Shown: positions 28,382 to 36,009 of the stretch, in pieces
How positions within the stretch are numbered: position 1 is the first letter of the stretch
Layout of the letters: the number at the start of each line of letters is the position of its first letter
Source: Mariprofundaceae bacterium
GTDB lineage: Bacteria > Pseudomonadota > Zetaproteobacteria > Mariprofundales > Mariprofundaceae
Assembly (NCBI GenBank): GCA_027018935.1
Contig: JALUXZ010000070.1
Span: 6,014 to 70,013, forward strand
DNA length: 64,000 nucleotides
Direction of reading: 5' to 3'
Notes under the pieces: generated by a model
What the model saw: only the letters and a program-made list of their open reading frames with translations
Told to the model about the DNA's origin: nothing
Databases searched by the model: none
Position numbers and translations under genes: made by a program

Positions 28382-29143
28382 ATGAGAAAGGTATTGAATC
28401 ACTTGCTTGTAGCATGTATGGCATCTGTACTATGGGTGGCAGCTGCGAGCGCAGGCGATGTTGTGGATGAATACGAGCTTGGTTCGGGTGATAAAATTAA
28501 AATCCATGTTTTTGGTGAGCCTGAGTTAGATATGGAAGTTCAGTTGGGTAGTTCAGGAGATATACGTTATCCCTTTTTGGGAAGGGTGCATGCTGTTGGT
28601 AAGAAATTATCCGAATTGGAGAATATACTTGTTAAAGGGCTTGCCGATGGCTATTTAATTAACCCTCAAGTACGTGTTTCAATGGAAGAGTTTCGCTCGT
28701 TTTTTGTCAATGGTGAAGTAAAAAAACCTGGAGCGTACCCTTACAAACCTGGTCTTAATGCGCGCAAAGGAATTTCTCTTGCGGGTGGTTTTAATGAGGA
28801 TGCTGATAAAAATAAGATTTTCTTAATTCACGCCAAGGATAAAGATAAGCATGAAGAGAAAATAAAGCTTGAAACGAGAGTTTTGCCTGGTGATATTATT
28901 ACAGTAAAACGAAGCTTCTTTTTTGTGAATGGTGAAGTAGAACAGCCTGGAAAATATGCTTATCACGCGGGTATGACTTATCGCAAAGCTATTGCGATGG
29001 GCGGTGGTATGAAAGAACGTGCTGATGAAGATAAAATTTATGTTATTCATGATGGGCAAGGCGAAAATATGCATCATGTAGATAATATGGACACAGAAAT
29101 TCAATCTGGCGATGTTATTATTATTAAACAGGGATTGTTTTAA
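28382..29143 (+). CDS. Short outer-membrane polysaccharide export (OPX, Wza-like) protein without a C-terminal OM helix
   Basis: Signal peptide. Poly_export block YELGSGDKIKIHVFGEPELD ... IRYPFLGRVHAVGK ... INPQV. Two SLBB-like repeats (FFVNGEVKKPGAY and FFVNGEVEQPGKY). The protein ends directly after SLBB2. Confidence 0.85.
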   Translation: MRKVLNHLLVACMASVLWVAAASAGDVVDEYELGSGDKIKIHVFGEPELDMEVQLGSSGDIRYPFLGRVHAVGKKLSELENILVKGLADGYLINPQVRVSMEEFRSFFVNGEVKKPGAYPYKPGLNARKGISLAGGFNEDADKNKIFLIHAKDKDKHEEKIKLETRVLPGDIITVKRSFFFVNGEVEQPGKYAYHAGMTYRKAIAMGGGMKERADEDKIYVIHDGQGENMHHVDNMDTEIQSGDVIIIKQGLF

Positions 29144-29144
29144 G

Positions 29145-29285
29145 GTAACTATTCAGCATATTCATTCAAACACGCAATCATGTGTCATGTCGAACGTAGT
29201 TGAGACATCTTTTAACGCAATCTCTATGAAAGATCCCTCGACTTCGCTCGGAATGACACCTGAAAATATCATGCTGAATAGTTAC
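29145..29285. mobile_element. MITE-like element, family C termini, copy 2 (141 bp)
   Basis: gtaactattcagcat at 29145-29159 and atgctgaatagttac at 29271-29285. Flanked by ttttaag at 29138-29144 and 29287-29293. The left duplication contains the OPX stop codon. The interior differs from copy 1. Confidence 0.7.
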
Positions 29286-29316
29286 ATTTTAAGTACATTG
29301 TCTTAATCATAGTGGG

Positions 29317-31284
29317 ATGAGTGGAGTGGAGTGTAGGGTGCAAAACAATAATAACGTCGGTTCGTTTGTTGAAGAAGAAATAGACTTAAAGAAATATTGG
29401 CATATTATCAATCACCGTAAATGGGGGATTATGGGCTTAGCGCTTTTAATCACATTACTTGTGGCATTAGTTGTTCTTTCTATGACTCCTATATACAAGG
29501 CGACATCAACATTATTAATTGAGCAGGAGCAGCCTAAATTGCCATCTGTTGATGAATTATTTGCATTACAAGGTAAAGGTAGGGTGTATTACCTTACGCA
29601 AATAGAGTTGCTTAAGTCACGCAAGCTGGCTGAGCATGTTATTCACGATTTAAAACTTGAGAGTAATCAAGAGTTCTTACCGAAAAAAGGCGGATTTCAT
29701 CCCATCGAAACACTGAAAGCATGGCTTTCACTTGATGAAAAGGCTGAAAAAGAAAAGCCTATGCTTGATTTGATTGTTAATCAGCTTCAGAGACGCTTAA
29801 CCGTGTCTTTAATCAATGGCACACAACTAATTCAATTAAGCTTTGAGGCAGAGTCAGCGGTATTGGCGGCTCAAATGGCAAATGCCTTGGGTAATGCTTA
29901 TATTGATGATCAATTGGTATCACGACTTGAAATGACACAAAAGGCAACACGCTGGATGGAAGAGCGGATTGCCGTATTAAAAAATAAACTTGAGCAATCA
30001 GAAGCTGCGTTACAATCTTATAAAGAATCCAATGACCTTATTGATGTGAAAGGGGTTAGCACTTTAACCGCACAAGAGTTGGATGAATTAACCAGTCAAC
30101 TTGTGATATCGCGTGCTAAATATGCTGAACTAGCGAAACGCTATGGGGCGAAACACCCCAAGCTTATTGCGGCAAAATCTGAGCTTAGAGCAGCAGAACA
30201 GCAGCTTCTACGTAGTAAGGGTAAGATTCAGAATATTGGTCGGAAATCTGTGAAGTTACGAGAGCTACAGCGTCAAGTTGAAGGCAACCGTCAGCTGTAT
30301 GATACCTTTATGGAGAGTTTTAAAAAGGCTAGTCAGGCAGTGGATCTACAAGCTGCAAACGCACGTATTTCAGACCCTGCAATTGCCCCACTTGTGCCTA
30401 TCAAGCCAAAAGTAAACAAGATTATTGGACTGGCATTTTTTGCAAGCTTGATGTTAGGTGTTTTGTTGGCGTTACTCTTTGAATCACTGAACCGTACTTT
30501 TAAAATACCATCAGATATTGAAGAGAAACTCGATCAAGCTGTGCTGGGTATATTGCCACTGATTCAATCGAACGCCAAAAATCGTAAGGCACAGGCTATT
30601 GTGATGCTGGATGAGGGCGCGCAAAGCTCTTATGGTGAGGCGATGCGCACGATTCGTACGGGGTTGATTCTTTCAAGCTTAGATAATCCTCACAAAGTAA
30701 TCTTGGTGACATCATCTGTGCCAGGCGAAGGCAAAACAACAGTCAGTAGTAATTTAGCGATGGCGATGGGAAAAATGGAGAAAGTCCTGCTTATTGGAGC
30801 AGATTTGCGTAGACCCTCACTTTCAAAAGCCTTTGGTGCAGAAAGCTCGCTGGGTTTGTGTAATATTGTTGCAGGAACATCTAAATTTAGTGAATGCATT
30901 CATCATGTTAAGAGTGCAAGCATTGATTTCTTGCCATGTGGCATGCTGCCTCCTAATCCACTTGAATTGTTATCATCTCAACGTTTTGCCAAAACAATGA
31001 AACTTTTAGAAAAAAATTATGATCGTATTGTGATTGACTCGCCTCCTGTGCAGGCAGTAAGTGATGCATTGGTATTATCGAAATATGCCAAGGCAGTGGT
31101 TTATGTGGTGGAAGCTGATAAAACGCATCAAGATTTGGTAAAAAATGGTATCAAACGTTTGCTGCAATATGATGCACCGATTGCAGGGATTGTTTTGAAT
31201 AAATTTAATGTGGATAAATCAGTATCATATGGGTATGAATACAGTGGTTATTATGACCATTATGGCTATGATGAGAAGGCATAA
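29317..31284 (+). CDS. wzc: Wzc-type polysaccharide co-polymerase / BY tyrosine autokinase
   Basis: Wzz-like N-domain with two TM helices and a coiled coil. Walker A SSVPGEGKTT, Walker A' LLIGADLRRP, Walker B IVIDSPPV. Tyr-rich tail YGYEYSGYYDHYGYDE. Confidence 0.9.
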   Translation: MSGVECRVQNNNNVGSFVEEEIDLKKYWHIINHRKWGIMGLALLITLLVALVVLSMTPIYKATSTLLIEQEQPKLPSVDELFALQGKGRVYYLTQIELLKSRKLAEHVIHDLKLESNQEFLPKKGGFHPIETLKAWLSLDEKAEKEKPMLDLIVNQLQRRLTVSLINGTQLIQLSFEAESAVLAAQMANALGNAYIDDQLVSRLEMTQKATRWMEERIAVLKNKLEQSEAALQSYKESNDLIDVKGVSTLTAQELDELTSQLVISRAKYAELAKRYGAKHPKLIAAKSELRAAEQQLLRSKGKIQNIGRKSVKLRELQRQVEGNRQLYDTFMESFKKASQAVDLQAANARISDPAIAPLVPIKPKVNKIIGLAFFASLMLGVLLALLFESLNRTFKIPSDIEEKLDQAVLGILPLIQSNAKNRKAQAIVMLDEGAQSSYGEAMRTIRTGLILSSLDNPHKVILVTSSVPGEGKTTVSSNLAMAMGKMEKVLLIGADLRRPSLSKAFGAESSLGLCNIVAGTSKFSECIHHVKSASIDFLPCGMLPPNPLELLSSQRFAKTMKLLEKNYDRIVIDSPPVQAVSDALVLSKYAKAVVYVVEADKTHQDLVKNGIKRLLQYDAPIAGIVLNKFNVDKSVSYGYEYSGYYDHYGYDEKA

Positions 31285-31314
31285 CCTTCAACGACTTAGT
31301 TATGCATAGACTTT

Positions 31315-32037
31315 ATGTATGATATTCATTGTCATCTACTGCCTGGGATTGATGATGGGGCGGATAATCTTGAACAATCCCTTGCATTAGCTCGCCACGC
31401 GGTAAGTGATGGTGTGACGCATATGGTTGTAACACCGCATATTCAACCTGGTCTTTATGAAAATAATCGCGCTTCAATTATGGCTGCTTTTAAGGTTTTT
31501 CAGTCGGGGCTTGTTGAGCATAATATTTCTTTGCATATTGCAATGGCTGCTGAAGTACGCCTATCTCCAGAAATCTTACCCATGCTTGAGCAGGATGATA
31601 TTCCGCTATTTGAAGCGATGGATGGTCATAAAACAATGCTTCTGGAGCTGCCACATAGCCATGTTCCACCAGGTACGGAGCAGATGCTAGGCTGGCTTCT
31701 TAAACAACATATAAATGTTTTGATTGCTCACCCTGAGCGTAATAAAGAATTGATGCGTAATCGCAATAAAATTGAAGCTTTGCATTATTTGGGTTGTAAG
31801 TTTCAAATTACAGGACGCTCTGTAATAGGCGGCTTCGGCGAGCCTTCACAGCAAGTTGCTGAATATATTTTAAAGAAAGGATGGTGTGATGTGTTGGCTT
31901 CTGATGCACATAACTTGCATCATCGTCCACCTGAATTATTTGCAGCTCAGCAGGCAGCAGCTGAACTGATTGGTGAAGTTGCCGCTGCTAAGCTAACCTA
32001 TGCATCCCCACAAAGTATGGTCGCGGGTTTGTTTTAG
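31315..32037 (+). CDS. PHP-family protein-tyrosine phosphatase (CpsB/YwqE-like)
   Basis: MYDIHCHLLPGIDDGA start, plus TPH, HPER and SDAH metal-ligand blocks. Confidence 0.85.
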   Translation: MYDIHCHLLPGIDDGADNLEQSLALARHAVSDGVTHMVVTPHIQPGLYENNRASIMAAFKVFQSGLVEHNISLHIAMAAEVRLSPEILPMLEQDDIPLFEAMDGHKTMLLELPHSHVPPGTEQMLGWLLKQHINVLIAHPERNKELMRNRNKIEALHYLGCKFQITGRSVIGGFGEPSQQVAEYILKKGWCDVLASDAHNLHHRPPELFAAQQAAAELIGEVAAAKLTYASPQSMVAGLF

Positions 32038-32732
32038 TGAGCGCACAAGGTGTCTCTGTATTACCTACGGGAGCTAAACGTATTGGGATGATGATTCTCA
32101 TTACCGTGCTGCTTGTGTTGATTGTATTTTCTGCGCGTGCTGGGGTGAGTTATGTGGTTCAATACCGAACCCATGCTGCGCTTGATCATTGGCAAAAGTC
32201 CCCAGACAAGAGACCAACATTGAATGCATGGCAGGGTATGTTGGATTCGGTAAAAGAAATGTTGGCTTTTGATGCAAAAAATGCTGACCTTCAGAATGCT
32301 TTGGCTCGCCTTTATTTTTACCGTGCAGGAAATATGGATAGCTCTGCCAAACAATCGTTGCAAGATTATAAACAAGCCATAGCAGGTTACCGAACTGTTA
32401 TAGCACTGAGACCTAGTTGGCCTTATGGCTATCTCAATTTGTTATATAATAAAGTTTTTGTGGGCGAGCTGGATGCAGAGATGCGAGATAGTTTGCTGCA
32501 TTTAATACAGCTTTCTCCATGGGAAAAAAACACTTTATCAGACACGGTAAAAGTAGCGGTTTTCGTTTGGCCAGGTTTAGATAAACAAAGCCAGCAGGCT
32601 GTTAAATCCTATTTACTGCTAACATCAGAGAAGCGTAAAGGTGAGGTGGTACGTGCTTTAAAAGAGAGTCAATTGAAAGATCGGTTTTGTCAGCAAATTG
32701 CTAGAGGTCAAGCAATGAGTGTATGCCGATGA
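32037..32732 (+). CDS. Membrane-anchored helical-repeat (TPR-like) protein of unknown function
   Basis: One N-terminal TM helix (MMILITVLLVLIVF), then an alpha-helical repeat-like region. GTG start overlaps the upstream stop. ATG 32088 is an alternative start. Confidence 0.4.
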   Translation: MSAQGVSVLPTGAKRIGMMILITVLLVLIVFSARAGVSYVVQYRTHAALDHWQKSPDKRPTLNAWQGMLDSVKEMLAFDAKNADLQNALARLYFYRAGNMDSSAKQSLQDYKQAIAGYRTVIALRPSWPYGYLNLLYNKVFVGELDAEMRDSLLHLIQLSPWEKNTLSDTVKVAVFVWPGLDKQSQQAVKSYLLLTSEKRKGEVVRALKESQLKDRFCQQIARGQAMSVCR

Positions 32733-32775
32733 GAAGTTTAAATACAGTTTTTTTTTGTATGATTTTTATAGCTTG

Positions 32776-33477
32776 ATGTTTCCATTAAAGCTATGTCAGA
32801 GGTTCTTCTTCTGCACTGTATTGCTGCTCAGTGTGCCTGTCAATGCTGGTAAAGGAGGCTTTTCTGCCGAGTTTCTCCATAATATTGAATTGCACTATGG
32901 CAGTGCTGCTAAGCGGCGGGTGAGTGATTGGCAAACGTTGATAAAGTTTGAACAGGCTGAGCATAATAGCGAGTGGAGCCTTATTCATACAGTAAATAGC
33001 TTTTTTAATAGAATGCACTTTATATCTGATAAGAAGCATTGGAATAGAGAAGATTATTGGGCAACACCTGTGGAATTTCTATCCACCAATGCTGGCGATT
33101 GCGAAGATTTCTCCATTGCAAAATACTTTACACTTCTTGAAATTGGTGTGCCTGATGAGCGACTGCGTATTACGTATGTGAAAGCGATACGCCTGAACCA
33201 AGCGCATATGGTGCTCGCCTACTATGAAACACCTGAAAGCGAACCGTTGATTTTAGATAATTTAACCAAGCGTATTCAAGCTGCATCACAACGCAGTGAT
33301 TTATTACCCGTGTACAGTTTTAATGGTAGTCATTTGTGGATGGCGAAAGAACGTGGGCAAGGTCGTCGTGTGGCAGGAGGCTCTCAACGTATCAACCTGT
33401 GGCGTGATTTAAATCTCCGTATGCAACAAGAACGAAATTTAGGCCGTAGTTTTACGGCTAAAAATATAACACGATAA
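32776..33477 (+). CDS. lapG: Periplasmic transglutaminase-like cysteine protease (BTLCP), LapG-like
   Basis: Signal peptide, then EDYWATPVEFLSTNAGDCEDFSIAKYF (catalytic Cys), RITYVKAIRLNQAHMVLAYY (His), PLILDNL (Asp) and PVYSFNGSHLW. Confidence 0.85.
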   Translation: MFPLKLCQRFFFCTVLLLSVPVNAGKGGFSAEFLHNIELHYGSAAKRRVSDWQTLIKFEQAEHNSEWSLIHTVNSFFNRMHFISDKKHWNREDYWATPVEFLSTNAGDCEDFSIAKYFTLLEIGVPDERLRITYVKAIRLNQAHMVLAYYETPESEPLILDNLTKRIQAASQRSDLLPVYSFNGSHLWMAKERGQGRRVAGGSQRINLWRDLNLRMQQERNLGRSFTAKNITR

Positions 33478-33486
33478 GGAAATATT

Positions 33487-35421
33487 ATGACATTATCCAA
33501 ACAATTGATTGCACTTATTTCTGGCATGTTTCTACTTATTTTTATAGGTACATTTTGGATTAGTGTGGAGAATACGCGTTCTTACTTGATGTTGCAGCTA
33601 GAAACTCAAACTCAAAATATCGCTGATTCTTTCGGATTATCGCTGGCATCACATATGCAACGTAAAGATATAGCAGCCGTGGATACCATGGTCAATGCAG
33701 CCTTTGATAGTGGTTATTATAAGTCGTTAACATTAAGTGATATATCTGGAAAAATTATTATTGAACGTGACAATACCTCGAAAATTGAGGGGGTGCCTGC
33801 ATGGTTTATCCAGCGTTTAACATTGGAAACGCCACAAGTGGAATCCATTATTACAACAGGCTGGATGCAAACAGGTAGGTTGACGATAGTGGCTCACCCA
33901 GGGCTGGCGTATAAAAAATTATGGCAAACGACCCAGCAAACATTTTGGTGGTCGGTTATGGCATTTGTTGCTTCTTTGGGAGCCGTTCTTTTATTGCTCA
34001 GAACAATACTTCACCCGCTTAAAGCTGTTGAACAACAAGCATTGGCGATTTGTGATCGTGAATTTCCAGTGCAAGAACAAATACCTCGTACGCGCGAATT
34101 GAAACGGGTGGTCTTAGCAATGAATAATATGTCGGAGAAACTACGAGATTTTATTCATAAGCTTAGTGATCGTGCCGAAAAAATGCATAAAGAGGCCCAT
34201 GAAGATGCGCTGACAGGTTTGAGAAACCGGCGTGCCTTTAACACCATGCTGGAGAGTATATTACATGCTCGAGAAGAAGGCATGGTCGGCTCATTGGTGA
34301 TTGTTCGCATGAGTGCTTTTGCAGATTATAATAAGCAACACGGTATTCAGGCTGGTAATGAATTGCTTGTCGATATAGCTAAAAAACTTCATGAAATATC
34401 AATGCAATATTCTACTGCTGAAGTATTCCGTATGAGTGGTACTGATTTTTCCATGCTTTTACCAAAGACTGACTTGGTGCTTGCAGATGAAGTGGGCCGA
34501 AGCTTGAGCGATGCGATGAATGCTCTAGCGATAACGCACAATATTGAAGAATTAGCACATATTGGCATAGCTTTATTCAAGGATGGTTATCAAATGAGTG
34601 AGATTTTGTCGGATGCCGATGCGGCTCTGGCATCGGCTCGCTATATGGGGGTGAATAGTTATGCTGTGCAAAGGAAAAAGAGTGAAGCCCTGGGCAATGA
34701 TGCATGGAAAAAACTGATTGAATCAAGCTTATCACATAAAAAAATTGAGCTATTAGGGCAGCCGGTTTTTAATAAGTTAGGGGAAGTGTTATACAAAGAA
34801 GTATTTATCCGTATACGTGATGAATTTGGAGAAGCTATTGCGCCAGGTGTATTTGTTTCGATGGCAGATCGTTTGGCTTTAAGTGAACAGCTAGATAAAC
34901 TAGTCATTATGCAGGCAACAGAATTAATTGAGAAAAATACTACAGTATATGGAGTATTGGCGGTGAACTTATCAGTATATTCGATAAGTAAGCCATCATT
35001 TCGGAATTGGTTGATGCAGCATTTTGATAAGCATTCTGATTTGGGAAACAGGTTGATATTTGAAGTAAGTGAACAAGGTCTGATGCCGCATATTGAAAGT
35101 GCCAAAAATTTTGTTGATTTGCTACATAGCAAGGGGAGTCAGATTGTTATGGAAAATTTTGGAACCCGTTTAAGCTCATTCCAAACTTTACATCAACTTA
35201 AAGTAGATTTTATTAAAATGAGTGGCGGTTATACCCGTGATATTGCCAATCATGGCGATAACCGTTTTTTCTTACAAACAGTGACGGATATTGCTCACGG
35301 CTTGGGTATTAAAGTTATTGCTGAACAAGTGGAAACAGAAGGTGAAGCAAAGGCATTGGAAAAAACTGGAATTTATGTAATGCAGGGCTATTACCTTGGA
35401 GTACCTGAATTGTTGCGTTAA
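33487..35421 (+). CDS. lapD: Inner-membrane c-di-GMP receptor with degenerate GGDEF and EAL domains, LapD-like
   Basis: The order is TM, periplasmic domain with a GW hairpin (G125-W126), TM, HAMP, GGDEF domain, EAL domain. The GGDEF signature is replaced by SGTDF. The EAL signature is replaced by EVF. Confidence 0.85.
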   Translation: MTLSKQLIALISGMFLLIFIGTFWISVENTRSYLMLQLETQTQNIADSFGLSLASHMQRKDIAAVDTMVNAAFDSGYYKSLTLSDISGKIIIERDNTSKIEGVPAWFIQRLTLETPQVESIITTGWMQTGRLTIVAHPGLAYKKLWQTTQQTFWWSVMAFVASLGAVLLLLRTILHPLKAVEQQALAICDREFPVQEQIPRTRELKRVVLAMNNMSEKLRDFIHKLSDRAEKMHKEAHEDALTGLRNRRAFNTMLESILHAREEGMVGSLVIVRMSAFADYNKQHGIQAGNELLVDIAKKLHEISMQYSTAEVFRMSGTDFSMLLPKTDLVLADEVGRSLSDAMNALAITHNIEELAHIGIALFKDGYQMSEILSDADAALASARYMGVNSYAVQRKKSEALGNDAWKKLIESSLSHKKIELLGQPVFNKLGEVLYKEVFIRIRDEFGEAIAPGVFVSMADRLALSEQLDKLVIMQATELIEKNTTVYGVLAVNLSVYSISKPSFRNWLMQHFDKHSDLGNRLIFEVSEQGLMPHIESAKNFVDLLHSKGSQIVMENFGTRLSSFQTLHQLKVDFIKMSGGYTRDIANHGDNRFFLQTVTDIAHGLGIKVIAEQVETEGEAKALEKTGIYVMQGYYLGVPELLR

Positions 35422-35542
35422 GTGCTGAAATAACGCAAATGTAAGTTACTTTAAGTTCATATTGCTACTTCAGCTTGTGCTTTGGATGATTTTTGCTATG
35501 CTGCCGATAAATATTTTAATTACCTGAGAGGGAATAACTCTA

Positions 35543-35938
35543 ATGAAGAAAATAATTATTACGATGATGCTGCTGGCAATAAATATGGTTGCGATAGACA
35601 GTTTTGCAGAAACATCCTCAAAGGTTCCTGATACAGCAACGATTGAAGAGGCTATTAAAGCTGGTTCAGAACAAACTGCTGATTTGCTTAAAGAGATGAT
35701 TGATGAGAGCGAAATGACCCTGACAGAGGCTGTGAAAGCCATGATTGAAAAAACAACAGATAAGCAAACGCCCATTGTGAATGCTGCAAAATTAATTGAC
35801 CCTAATTTTACTTTTGAGTTTGACCCTACTGAAAAATTTGCTGCGCCAGCAGCAGGTGATGATACAGAGACTGGGGATACCCCTACATTTACTCCAGGTA
35901 CGCCTGCTCCCAATGGCGGCGGTAGCGTTAGCCCTTGA
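35543..35938 (+). CDS. Small secreted protein with a PAAG motif and a Pro/Thr/Gly-rich C-terminal tail
   Basis: Sec-type signal MKKIIITMMLLAINMVAIDSFA, then a helical acidic domain. P102-A103-A104-G105 is followed by DDTETGDTPTFTPGTPAPNGGGSVSP. A strong terminator follows. Confidence 0.55.
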   Translation: MKKIIITMMLLAINMVAIDSFAETSSKVPDTATIEEAIKAGSEQTADLLKEMIDESEMTLTEAVKAMIEKTTDKQTPIVNAAKLIDPNFTFEFDPTEKFAAPAAGDDTETGDTPTFTPGTPAPNGGGSVSP

Positions 35939-35960
35939 TAGATGGCTTTATTGTTTTGCA

Positions 35961-35988
35961 AAAGGCTCCGATAATCGGAGCCTTTTTT
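35961..35988 (+). terminator. Rho-independent terminator
   Basis: ggctccg-ataat-cggagcc followed by tttttt. Confidence 0.8.
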
Positions 35989-36009
35989 GTTTGCCGAGAA
36001 TGCTAATGT

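Noticed and set aside
35900-35938. The C-terminal GGGSVSP of the small secreted protein, considered as a GlyGly-CTERM/rhombosortase or PEP-CTERM-type sorting signal.
   Set aside because: Those signals require a TM helix and a basic cluster after the motif. This protein ends 5 residues after GGG. No rhombosortase or exosortase gene is in the window.
35470-35961. Long antisense ORFs opposite real genes: 35470-35961(-), 14618-15148(-), 22410-22859(-), 41301-41762(-), 51775-52374(-), 38800-39264(-) and 34659-35132(-).
   Set aside because: Each lies wholly within a sense-strand gene with strong family signatures. Their translations are low-complexity or Cys/His/Arg-rich shadow frames.
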